This document shows, piece by piece, positions 35,289 through 46,396 of a stretch of DNA of 64,000 nt. Position numbers and translations under genes: made by a program. The notes below the pieces were generated by a model, which was not told where the DNA came from, searched no databases, and saw only the letters and a list, made by a program, of their open reading frames with translations. Numbering within the stretch: the stretch's first letter is position 1; each line of letters starts with the position of its first letter. Origin of the DNA: Azolla caroliniana (lineage: Eukaryota > Plantae > Polypodiophyta); assembly GCA_043228905.1 (NCBI GenBank), contig JBHGNT010000015.1:13578001-13642000 (forward strand), read 5' to 3'.

Positions 35289-38200
35289 GGTAAACGACCT
35301 GCCTAGAGCTTTCTTCAAGCTTCTGATCTTCTTTGTGTCTTGACCGACTATCAACATGTCATCAACATATAACAAGAGAATCGAGAATTCTCCTTCTTCG
35401 TACCTTTTGACGAACACACAGTGATCGGCTTGTGTTTTCTGGAACCGGTGTTCCATCATGAAGGACTCGAACTTCTTGTACCATTGGTGTGGAGCTTGTT
35501 TCAGACCATACAAGCTTTTCTTCAGTCGACACACCAGGTTCTCTTTCCCTTTCTCCTCAAAGCCTTCGGGTTGCTGCATGTAGATTTCTTCTTCTACCTC
35601 CCCGTGCAGGAATGTGGTTTTGACATCCAACTGTTCGATCTCATACTGGTCGCTATACTCAGAACAGTTCGAATGGATGTCATCTTCACGACTAGTGCGA
35701 ATAATTCGTCGAAGTCGACGCCCTTTTTCTGTTGAAAACCCTTCATCACTATGCGGGCTTTATACTTGGGCTCACTATCGGCTTCTCCAGTCTTCACCTG
35801 GTAGACCCACTTATTCCTGAGTGCTCTCTTAACTTTCGGTAGCTCTACCAGGTCGTAGGTGTAATTATCGTGCAGGGATTCCATCTCATCTTGCATTGCG
35901 CTCAGCCATTTCTCTCTATGCTCGTCAGCAATGGCTTCTTCATAGCACTCTGGTTCAACTTCATCAATCAAGAGGATGTATTGACTAGCATATGTTGTCA
36001 GTGCTTTCCTTTCTCTAAGTGGGTATCTCCTTCCACTCATTGTTGGCTCTCTTTTGGATGTCTCTGCTAACTCTTGTCTCCGCTCGGGTTCCTGCACATC
36101 AATCGGCATCTCCAAGTTGGACGACTCCAACTCATACTCTTCAATTGACCTTAGCAGCTCTGCCGACTCTGACTCATAGTCGGTCGGTCTCTGTGAGTCA
36201 ACCGACTCGGATTCAGCTTTGCCGACTGGCCGTCTCCGAACAACCGACGTTGTCGATTCACTTGACCTTAGATCGACGATAGTCGGACTTGTCTAGGGAG
36301 TCGTATCCGACTTCTGTTGCTTCTATTCTTCAATCATCTTATCTTTAAGAAAGACTATGTCCCGACTTCTCACTACCTTCCTGTCGACTAGGTTCCATAG
36401 CCTATAGCCGAACTCATCTTCCGAGTATCCCATGAATATGCATGCTTTTGACTTACTGTCGAGCTTTGACCTTTGATCCTTCGGCACATGCATATACCCC
36501 AAACATCCGAACACCCTCGGGTGTTGGTATGAGACATCCTTCCCTGTCACACTGTCTGTGGGTCATCACCCTTTAATGGTACTGAGGGAGACCTGTTGAT
36601 CAGATAAATAGTTGTGTACATCGCCTCACCCCAATAGGATTTTGGTAGTTTTGCATGAGAGAGCATGCTCCTTACCCTCTCCATGATTGTTCGATTCATC
36701 CTCTCTACAATCCCGTTCCACTCTGGGGTCTTTGGCACTGTGTATTCGATCCGAATACCTTGGCACTTGCAGTATTCCTCGAATTGCCCTCTATACTCGC
36801 CATCGTTGTTGGTTTGAACAACCTTCAACTTCTGACCCGACTCTCGTTTAGTTCTAGCCTGGAACTCCTTGAAAGCCAACAGTACTTGATCCTTCGACTT
36901 TAGTACAAAGGCCCATGTCTTCTGACTATAGTCGTCGATGAACGTCACAAAGTATTGTCCACCTCGATGCGATGGAGCATCTACATAACACACATCCGTG
37001 TGTACTAGTTCTAGTGTAGCTTCTCTTCTTCTTGGTGGTCTTGAGTGGAATGATGATCTGTTCTGCTTTCCGACTAAGCAGTCGACGCACTTCTCCAGGT
37101 GCACTCCCTTGACTTCTGGTAGAAGCTTTTGGTCGGCTAGCAGGTGCATTCCTTTCTCACTCATGTGGCCTAGCGTCTTATGCCATATCTCTCCTGTCGA
37201 GTCGGCTGCCACATTTACTTCCGATTTGCACAGTCGGGCATGCATCATATATAATGTGCCTTCTTTCTGTACTCGGGCCACTATAAGATTTCCTCGGCAG
37301 AACTTGCACGTGCCATTTCGAAAACTACCATTATAGCCTTCGTCATCTAACCTTCCAGTCGATATCAGATTCAATCTGATATCAGGGACGTGTCGAACAT
37401 CCTTCAAAGTCAGTCAACACCCTATCGACGTCGTCAAGCAGACACTTCAGACTCCGGTTATCTTGCACTCTCCAATATCACCCATTTTCACATAACCGTG
37501 ATCTCTATCTATGTAAGTCGAAAAATAATCTCTCGACGGAGTTACGTGAAACGATGCCTCAAAATCGATCACCCAAGTGCATTCTTCACTTGCAAGATTT
37601 GCACTTGTCTATTCACAAATGAACAACAGTTCTTCATTGCTCGTAGCAATGGCAGAAGTGTTCTTCTCATCAGGAATCTTCCTGGGTTCGACATTGTTTC
37701 CGACACCCTTGTCTTTTCTCATGTGTCGGCAGTCCTTCTAGAAGTCTCCAGGTTTACCACAATAAAAGCACACTAGCTTACCTGTGGACTTCGATCTAGC
37801 TTGGGACTTTTCTCTCCTTGGTGGACTTCTTTGCCGATTCCTTCCTCTGTCCGAATGTTGTGTTACATTCGACTCCGACTGGGACAACATTCGACTCCCT
37901 TGTCCTTCCTCCTCCTTGCCTCCTTGCCTCCTTGCCTCCTCATTTAGGATGCTTGTCTTTACAGTTTGTAAAGACAAGTTCTCTTCTTGACAAGAGATGC
38001 TAAGAGTAACCACCAGGTTCTCCCAGCTATCCGGCAGTGTGCACATCAGCAGAATGGCCTGCATCGCATCATCTAGGGGAAACTTGGTTGCAGCAAGTTA
38101 ATTCACATACCCCATGAATGTGTTGATGTGTTCGACGATGCTCTCGTCATCCCTCTATTTCAGCCATACGATCTTTCTCATCAGTGAGGTTTTATTGAGC

Positions 38201-38756
38201 GCGTTCTTCCTCTCATATAGACCTAACAACTTCTGCCACATCTCGTGTGCATTTGTGTCATTTGCCACATGTTGCAAGACACTTACATTGACGCATTGTC
38301 AAATGGTGGCCATCGCCTTTCTATTAAGAAATTTCCAATCCGACTCCAATAACCCTAGGTATATCTGCTCTATCGACTGGCTCGTACAGGTCTTTGACTA
38401 TGAGAAGGTCCTCCATCTTTATCTTCCATTTTGCATTGTTCTATGAGTTTAGAACTATCATGCTTGGGAAGCCACTCACACCTCCTTCCATGCTTGCACC
38501 TCAAGCTCTGATACCAGATTGTTGAGAATCGATTCGTAAAACCACAAGATCAAACGATGCTGAAAATACACAACACAGGCACACGACGACACAGTACACA
38601 GAGATTTACGTGGAAACCCTAAAAAATGGGAGAAAACCACGGGAGAGTAGAAACTTCACTATATAGTGGATGTACAAGGCAGAGTGAATCAAACAGTCGG
38701 TTCCTTCGACTCTTCGACTATTGGCTACTTCCAAACTGTCGGTTCCTCCCACTACA
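35289..38756 (-). mobile_element. Ty1/Copia E2, 3'-truncated
   Basis: gag, protease, integrase (VHTD...), RT YVDD. Met PBS 38505-38516, LTR 38520-38756. Confidence 0.9.
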
Positions 38757-39128
38757 GGGACATATCCCCAACAAAATTGTGGTTGATCATGGGGAGCTAG
38801 ACGCGCAGGAAGCGGAGGAGTTGTTCGACCGGCTAGGGGTCAAGCTCTCCCTCACCACGGCATACAATTTGTAAGTGAATGGGAAGGTCGAGAGAGGGCA
38901 CGGGCCGATTGTGAAAGCACTAGTGCGATCATGCAACATACGGGCTGAGAACTGGTCGAGGTTTCTTCCTTACCCAAGGTTTCTTCCTTACCCTTTGTGG
39001 GTTGACCGAACCACGCACAGTTTGGTGACCGGGTACATGCCGACCAAACTCATGTCTAGGCAGAAGCCGATCATGCTAGTGAAGCAAACAATCTCTTCAT
39101 GGATGGGGTCGACTAGACGGAGGAAATG
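38757..39128 (+). pseudogene. Gypsy A-like integrase fragment (continues at 48064)
   Basis: DHGELDAQEA...NGKVERGHGPIVKAL, WVDRTT. Confidence 0.85.
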
Positions 39129-39177
39129 TGTTAGGAAACAGATCCCTCTGGATGGGATAGGAGTACCCGGCAATGGA

Positions 39178-39340
39178 AGACCCGGTGAGAACTGGATGAC
39201 GAGTGCCCGACAAGAGCCGGATGGTGAAGACCCGGTGAGAACCGGATGACGAGTGCCCGGCAAGAGCCGGATGGTGAAGGCCCGGTGAGAACCGGATGAC
39301 GAGTGCCCGGCAAGAGCCGGATGATGCAGGCCCGGTGAGG
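39178..39340. repeat. 50-bp tandem repeat (~3.2 copies) in the U3 of F
   Basis: CCCGGTGAG recurs at 39181, 39231, 39281, 39331. Confidence 0.95.
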
Positions 39341-42091
39341 AGGGCTCACCGGATGAAGGGACATATTCGTAAATATGTTTCTGAGAGTCCATTGGGGCTA
39401 TATTTGTAGATAGCCGAAAAGTCATATTAGTATAAATATGACTTAGGGCAAATTTAGTGAGTAGTTGTCATTCTTGTTGGTGCAAGATTTGAGTGCAACC
39501 GTGTACAGAGAGAGAGAGTGAGAGACGAAGAGGACATTGTCTCTGTTGTAACCGCCACCTGTGGCGAAGACAGTGAACAAGAGGTCGTTGCCTCTATGTT
39601 CATCTATTGTATATTGTAACATAGTGATAGTTTGCAGTCTGTGGACTACCGTGGTTTTTCCCGTGTTTTTGTTTTCCACGTAAACATCCTGTGTACTCTT
39701 CTCTTTATTGTGTCGTGCGTACATTACCCGTTTTTCTGTGTTTGATCCTAGACTCGGTTGTGGCCGAGCGTTGTTTTTCGGGAGCGTGTAGTCCTTTCAA
39801 AGTGGTATGAGAGCGAAACGACACAGAAAATGGATGATTTGTTGGGAGGCATGTTCAAGCTCACCGGCTCCAACTATTCAGTGTGGAAGTCGAAGATGAG
39901 GGACATGATCATGGTTAAAGATCTTTGGTTGCCGGTTCAGTTCAGGGACAAGAGACCGGACAAAATCGATGCCACGATATGGGAGGTGATGCACAAGAAG
40001 ACAACGACGTTCATATGGTGCTTCATCGACATGAGTCTATACAACAACTTCAATGAAGAGAGCAAGGCTCATGAGGTCTAGGAGAAGATCGGCATTATGT
40101 TTCAGAACAAAAATGTTGTTAATCAGGTTTCGGTATTTCGGAAGCTAGTAAGACTCTGGTACCAAGATGGCTCCAGCAAGGCGGAGCACATGAATGCCTT
40201 CCAGGGGCTGATCCACCATGCAACATCATTGGAAGTACCTCTCGCTAATGAGGTACTAGCACTACTCCTGCTCGGTTCCCTCCCAAATAGCTAGGAGACG
40301 TTGGTTGTCACTTTGGGCAACGCCGGGCCGGAAGGGAAACGGTTATCCCTAGCAAGAGTGAAGTCAAGCTTGCTAGATGAGGAGGCGTGTCGGAAAGATA
40401 AGGATATGAGCTCTGACTCCAAAGCGCTCCTTACCGAATCGGAACGCAAAAGACAAAGGAACTGTAGTCCCCAGAACCGGGAAAAGTCGGGGACACGGTC
40501 AAAGTCAAGGGGAAGGCCTACTTGCTCATATTGCGGCAAGCCGGGACACTTCCAGAAGAACTGTCGGCACTTCTGAAAAGACAAGAAAACCGACGGTACC
40601 GATTCGAAGCGGACACCGGACCGGAACAGTAAAGACCGGAGGGGAATGGACTAGAAGAGAGCAATGGCAATCGCAGCATGTGAAGAAGAGTTGATGCTCA
40701 TCACCGAGGAGAGTGAGCTAAACCTTGCCGACAACGAGATGACCTGGGTGGTCAACTCCGGAGCGTCGTTCCACCTTACCCCGAACCGGAAATGCTTCTC
40801 ATCCTACTCGGTCGGTGATCACAGTTGTGTCCGTATGGGGAATGAAGGTACCTGCCGAATTGTCGGCATGGGAGACGTGTGGTTGACAACCCCAACCGGA
40901 TGCAAGCTGCTGCTGAAGGATGTCCGACACGTTCTGGAGGTTCGATTGAACCTAATATCAGCCGGTCGGCTAGATGATGAAGGCTTCATGGGTAGCATCC
41001 GGAACGGTGTCATGAACTTCAGCAAAGGGCGCCTGATTGTGGCTCGGGCCCGGAAGGTCAACACGATGTACCTGATGAATGCCCGGTTATACTCGGAAGA
41101 AATGAACGTGGCATCCGACACTGCCGGTGAGTTGTGGCACAAGAGGTTGTGTCACATGAGCGAGAAGGGGATGAAGAGGCTTACAGACGACAACCTCATT
41201 CCAGTGAAGAACGTGCACTTGGAGAAGTGTACTGATTTTCTGGCTGGTAAACAAAACCGAACCTCCTTCCGATCGAGGCCACTGATGAGACGTAATGCAC
41301 TACTGGAGTTGGTGCATACTGATGTGTGTCAAGTGGACACGAAGTCACATGCAGGATCGCAGTACTTCGTGACGTTCATAGATGACCACAGCCGGAAGCT
41401 GTGGGCCACACCGTTGAAGACGAAGGATCAGGTGCTATCCGTCTTCAAAGAGCTCCACACGAGAGTGGAAAGAGAAACCGGCCGGAAGCTGAAGGTGGTT
41501 CGAGCAGATAACGAAGGTGAATACCGGGGGCAATTCGAGGAGTACTGTCGCTCGAAGGGAATCCGGCTCGAATTTACCATGCCGAAGACGCCGGAACTAA
41601 ACGGGCTGGCTGAGAGATTGAACCTGTTGAAAAAAACAGTGCTCGGCCACAACCGAGGAATAGGATCAACTCACAGAAAACAGGAAATACAAAAAATGCA
41701 CGAGGACAATAGAGAGAAAAGGTACACTGGATATTTTACGTGGAAAACCCTAAATGGGAAAAACCACGGGAGTCCTCAAACTCCAACTATCACTATGAAC
41801 AGGGATGTACACTGGTGAAGCTGCAAGGCAACAACCTTGAGCTCACTGTCTTCGCCACAGGCGGCGGTAATACACAGAGGCAACGACCTCTTCGTCTCTC
41901 TCTCTCTCTCTCTCTCTCTGGGCTGCTCTCACTTCGCATAAAAATGAGCAACAACCTAAAACTGATTGCCCTAAGTCATATTTATACACATATGACTTTC
42001 GGGCTATTTACAAATATAGCCTCAAGGGCTCTTGGCAAAACATATTCACAAATATGTCCCCGCATCCGGATCTCTCTCCGGGTACATTCGT

Positions 42092-42235
42092 CATCCGGCT
42101 CCGTAACCGGGGTCTTTAGCATCCGGCTCCGTAACCGGGGTCTTCAGCATCCGGCTCCGTAACCGGGGTCTTCAGCATCCGGCTCCGTAACCGGGGTCTT
42201 CAGCATCCGGCTCCGTAACCGGGTACTCTTCATCC
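42092..42235. repeat. 28-bp tandem repeat, 5 copies (3 copies at 46893-46980 in the other LTR)
   Basis: Unit CATCCGGCTCCGTAACCGGGGTCTTCAG. Confidence 0.95.
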
Positions 42236-42322
42236 TACGGTTCCGTAACAGCCTCCGGGCTTGCCGTCATTCATCTCCGGACATCCCATCCGGAGGGACC
42301 GAAATCCCAACAAACTCCCCCT

Positions 42323-45300
42323 TCACTTCGGCATGGGATGTCTCTCCAATCCGATCCTCTTCCGGCATGCTTCCAGCTTGTCGGGTGTGAGCACCTTGGT
42401 CAGCATATCCGACCCGTTCTCGTTCGTGTGGACCTTCGTCAGCACGAACTCCTTGTCCTCTATCCTTTCCCGGATCCAGTGGTATCTACGCTGGATGTGC
42501 TTCGTCCGGGAGTGATAGGCCGCGTTCTTCGCAAGGTGGATGGCACTCTGACTGTCGCAGTAGAGTCGGTACTCCTCCTGCCGGATACCGAGCTCTCTAA
42601 TGAAGTCCTTCATCCATATTATTTCCTTGCCGGCTTCAACAGCCGCCATGTACTCCGCCTCCGTGGTTGACAACGCAACCGTCTTCTGCAGCCTCGACTG
42701 CCACGAAACAGCTCCCCCTGCATACGTCATCACATACCCTGATGTGGACCGGCTGGTATCTGCATCAGCCGACATATCCGAATCGGTAAAGCCGTCGAGT
42801 TCGGGCTTTCGAGAGCCAAATCGGAGGCACACGTTTGCCGTGCCCTTCAGGTATCGGAGTATCCACTTGACCGCGTTCCAGTGCTCTTTGCCGGGATTTC
42901 TCATGTACCGGCTCACCACTCCGACTGCGTATCCAATGTCCGGTCTTGTACACACCATTGCGTACATCAAGCTTCCAACGGCAGAGGCATATGGCACTTT
43001 CATCATGTCCTCCTTCTCAGCCTTTGTCTTGGGGCTTTGCTTGCTGGACAGCTTGCAGTTTGCCGGGAGGGTCGATCCGACCGGTCTTGCTTCCGACATG
43101 TTGAACCGTTTAAGCACCTTTGTCACGTACTTCTCTTGTGACAGCCACAACTGCTTCTTGCTCCGGTCCCGGATGATGTGCATCCCTAGTATTTGTCTCG
43201 CCGGACCCAAGTCCTTCATTGAGAAGGTTCGGTGAAGAGCCTTCTTCAGCATCCGTATCTTGACCTGGTCCCGTCCGACGATCAACATGTCGTCCACGTA
43301 CAGGAGGAGTATTAGAAAGTCTCCTCCTTCGAACTTCTTCACAAACACGCAGTGGTCGGACTGCGTTTTGAGGTACCCTTCGTCGATCATGAAGGAGTCG
43401 AACTTCCGGTACCATTGCCGGGGAGCCTGCTTCAGTCCGTAAAGGCTCTTCTTCAACCGGCATACCAGGTGCTCCTTCCCTTTCTTCTCGAATCCTTCCG
43501 GTTGCTGCATGTAGATCTCTTCTTCGAGGTCACCGTGAAGGAATGCCGTCTTCACGTCCATCTGTTCTACCTCGAGGTCCATGCTTGCCGCTATGCTCAG
43601 CACCGTCCGGATGGAGGTCATCTTCACTACCGGGGCAAATATCTCGTCGAAGTCGACGCCCTTCTTCTGCTGAAACCCCTTCACCACGATCCTGGCTTTG
43701 TATCTCGGGGGGTTTCCGGCATCTCCCGGTTTCAGCTTGAACACCCACTTGTTTCGTAGTGCCCGCTTTCCTTTCGGCAACTCCACAAGTTCATATGTGT
43801 GGTTCTCATGCAGGGAATCCATCTCGTCCTGCATGGCACTCAACCACCTGCGGCTCTGGGTGTCATGCTTTGCTTCTTCAAAGCTCTCCGGCTCCCCCTC
43901 GTCGGTTAGCAGCACGTGCTCTGGTTCCGGAAATCTCCGGGGGGCCCTTCTCTCTCTTAGAGGATATCTCCGTTCCGGAGCTTCGGTAACCGGTTCTTCC
44001 GATTCTTCTTCATCCGAATCCATTTCGGGATCGGGGCCGGTTCCGGTATCATTTTCATCTTCTTCGGCCGGTTCTGTTTCTTCACCGTCTTCGGCCGGAT
44101 CCTCGAGTGCTAACCGGTCCCTTGCCGGTCGGGACTGCTCCTCGTAGAGTTTATCCTCACCGGTCGACTTGGAGCTCTTCATCTTCTTCTCCGACTCCCA
44201 GTTGGCGAGTGTCTTGTCCTCCATGAAGATGATATCTCGACTCCTGAATATCTTCTTGTCGACCGGGTCCCATACTCGGTAGCCGAACTCGTCGTCGCCG
44301 TAACCGAGGAATATGCATGGCCGGGTCTTTGGATCTAACTTTCCTCTCCGGTCCTTTGCCACATGCACGTATGCGAGACACCCGAACACCTTCAGATGCC
44401 GGTAGGACACTTCCTTACCGGTCCACACTTTCTGCGGCGTGTCTCCGTCCAAAGGTACTGAGGGTGATCTATTTATCACATACGTCGCCGTCGACATTGC
44501 CTCAGCCCAAAATCCCTTGGGTAATTTCGCATGCGCCAGCATACTCCGGACCCTCTCCATTATGGTCCGGTTCATTCTCTCGGCCAGCCCGTTCAGTTCC
44601 GGCGTCTTCGGCACAGTAAACTCGAGCCGGATTCCCTTCGAGCGACAGTACTCCTGGAACTGCCCCCGGTATTCTCCTCCGTTATCCGCTCGTATCGCTT
44701 TCAGCTTCTTGCCGGATTCCCTTTCCACCCTCGCGTGGAGTTCTTTGAAGACGGACAGTACTTGGTCCTTTGTCTTCAACGGTGCCGTCCACAGCTTCCG
44801 GCTGTGATCATCAATGAATGTTACGAAGTACTGGGCTCCGCCATGTGACTTCGTTTCTACCTGACACACATCAGTATGCACCAACTCCAATGGTGCGCTA
44901 CGTCTCGTCGGTGGCCTTGAGTGGAAGGAGGTTCGGTTTTGCTTACCGGCCAGACAGTCGGTGCACTTCTCCAGGTGCACATGCTTCACTGGAATAAGGT
45001 TGTCTTCTGCAAGCCTCTTCATCCCCTTCTCACTCATGTGGCACAGTCTCTTGTGCCACAGCTCACCGGCAGTGTCGGCTGCCACATTCAGCTCTTCCGG
45101 ACATAACCGGGCATTCATCAGGTACAGTGTGTTGTCTTTCCGGGCCCGAGCCACTATCAGGCTCCCCTTGCTGAACTTCATTACGCCGTTCCGGATGCTA
45201 CCTGTGTAGCCTTCATCGTCTAGCCTCTCGGCCGAAATCAGGTTCAATCGAACCTCCGGAACGTGTCTGACATCCTTCAGCAGCATTTTGCATCCGGTCG

Positions 45301-46396
45301 AGGTTGTCACCCACACGTCTCCTATGCCGGCAATCCGGCACGTACCTTCATTTCCCATCCGAACACAGCCATGCTCACCGGCTGTGTAGGATGAGAAGTA
45401 TCTTCTCTCCGGGGTCAGGTGGAACGATGCTCCGGAATCGACCACCCAGGTCGTCTCATCGCCGGCAACGTTTAGTTCACCTTCTTCGGTGATGAGCATG
45501 ATTTCTTCCTCACTTGCCGCGAGTGCCGTCGTTCCTTTCCGGTCCTGCCCTCGCCGATCAGGACCTCTCCGGTCCGTGGCTCCCCGGTATGCACCGTTTC
45601 TCTCCGGTGACTTCTTCGAATCGGTGTCGTCGGCTCCGTTGTCCTTTCGGTAATGCCGACAATTCTTCCGGAAGTGCCCCGGCTTCCCACAGTGGAAGCA
45701 TGTGGGCCTTCCTCTTGACTGCGACCGGGTCCCCGACTTCTCCCGTCTTTGCGGACTCCGGTTCCGTTGTCTTCCCCGATCCGATTCGGTAAGCAGCGCC
45801 TTCGAGTCGGAGACCGGTTCTTTATCTCTCCGACGCGCTTCTTCGTTCAAAATACTTGTCTTTACCGTTTGTAGGGACAAGTTGTCTTCCGTGCAGGAGG
45901 TGCTGAGAGTCACCACCAAGTTCTCCCAGCTTTCCGGTAATGTACACATCAGAATGATGGCTTGCATTGCATCCTCCAACGGGAACTTAATCGCCGCAAG
46001 CTGGTTCACGAATCCCATGAACGTGCTCACGTGTTCCACCATATTCTCGCCGTCCCGGTACTTGAGGTTCACTATTTTCCTCATCAGGGAGGTCCGGTTC
46101 AACGCATTCTTCCTCTCGTAGAGGCCCGACAGCTTCTTCCACATCTCATATGCGTTGGTGTCGTTCGCCACATGTTGTAGGACGCTTACATCGACATATT
46201 GCCGAATCGTCGCTACGGCTTTCCGGTTCAGGAGCTTCCACTCCGACTCTATTACTCCCTTGGGTATCTCGGCATTGTCGATCGGTTCGTACAGGTCTCG
46301 GACGATGAGAAGGTCTTCCATCTTTATCTTCCAGTCGGCGTAGTTCTGTGAGTTCAACACCATCATGCCCGGAGGCCCACTAACGCCGCCTTCCAT
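42323..46396 (-). CDS. Copia Gag-Pol polyprotein (1357 aa from the ATG at 46396)
   Basis: CFHCGKPGHFRKNC, VVDSGAS, HKRLCH..CTDC, D-D-E integrase, YVDD, RNase H (TDSD, EAE, CDS). No stops. Confidence 0.97.
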   Translation of the reverse strand: MEGGVSGPPGMMVLNSQNYADWKIKMEDLLIVRDLYEPIDNAEIPKGVIESEWKLLNRKAVATIRQYVDVSVLQHVANDTNAYEMWKKLSGLYERKNALNRTSLMRKIVNLKYRDGENMVEHVSTFMGFVNQLAAIKFPLEDAMQAIILMCTLPESWENLVVTLSTSCTEDNLSLQTVKTSILNEEARRRDKEPVSDSKALLTESDRGRQRNRSPQRREKSGTRSQSRGRPTCFHCGKPGHFRKNCRHYRKDNGADDTDSKKSPERNGAYRGATDRRGPDRRGQDRKGTTALAASEEEIMLITEEGELNVAGDETTWVVDSGASFHLTPERRYFSSYTAGEHGCVRMGNEGTCRIAGIGDVWVTTSTGCKMLLKDVRHVPEVRLNLISAERLDDEGYTGSIRNGVMKFSKGSLIVARARKDNTLYLMNARLCPEELNVAADTAGELWHKRLCHMSEKGMKRLAEDNLIPVKHVHLEKCTDCLAGKQNRTSFHSRPPTRRSAPLELVHTDVCQVETKSHGGAQYFVTFIDDHSRKLWTAPLKTKDQVLSVFKELHARVERESGKKLKAIRADNGGEYRGQFQEYCRSKGIRLEFTVPKTPELNGLAERMNRTIMERVRSMLAHAKLPKGFWAEAMSTATYVINRSPSVPLDGDTPQKVWTGKEVSYRHLKVFGCLAYVHVAKDRRGKLDPKTRPCIFLGYGDDEFGYRVWDPVDKKIFRSRDIIFMEDKTLANWESEKKMKSSKSTGEDKLYEEQSRPARDRLALEDPAEDGEETEPAEEDENDTGTGPDPEMDSDEEESEEPVTEAPERRYPLRERRAPRRFPEPEHVLLTDEGEPESFEEAKHDTQSRRWLSAMQDEMDSLHENHTYELVELPKGKRALRNKWVFKLKPGDAGNPPRYKARIVVKGFQQKKGVDFDEIFAPVVKMTSIRTVLSIAASMDLEVEQMDVKTAFLHGDLEEEIYMQQPEGFEKKGKEHLVCRLKKSLYGLKQAPRQWYRKFDSFMIDEGYLKTQSDHCVFVKKFEGGDFLILLLYVDDMLIVGRDQVKIRMLKKALHRTFSMKDLGPARQILGMHIIRDRSKKQLWLSQEKYVTKVLKRFNMSEARPVGSTLPANCKLSSKQSPKTKAEKEDMMKVPYASAVGSLMYAMVCTRPDIGYAVGVVSRYMRNPGKEHWNAVKWILRYLKGTANVCLRFGSRKPELDGFTDSDMSADADTSRSTSGYVMTYAGGAVSWQSRLQKTVALSTTEAEYMAAVEAGKEIIWMKDFIRELGIRQEEYRLYCDSQSAIHLAKNAAYHSRTKHIQRRYHWIRERIEDKEFVLTKVHTNENGSDMLTKVLTPDKLEACRKRIGLERHPMPK

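Noticed and set aside
42092-42235. CRISPR-like array (28-bp units; also the 50-bp units at 39178)
   Set aside because: Head-to-tail repeats with no unique spacers, inside eukaryotic LTRs.
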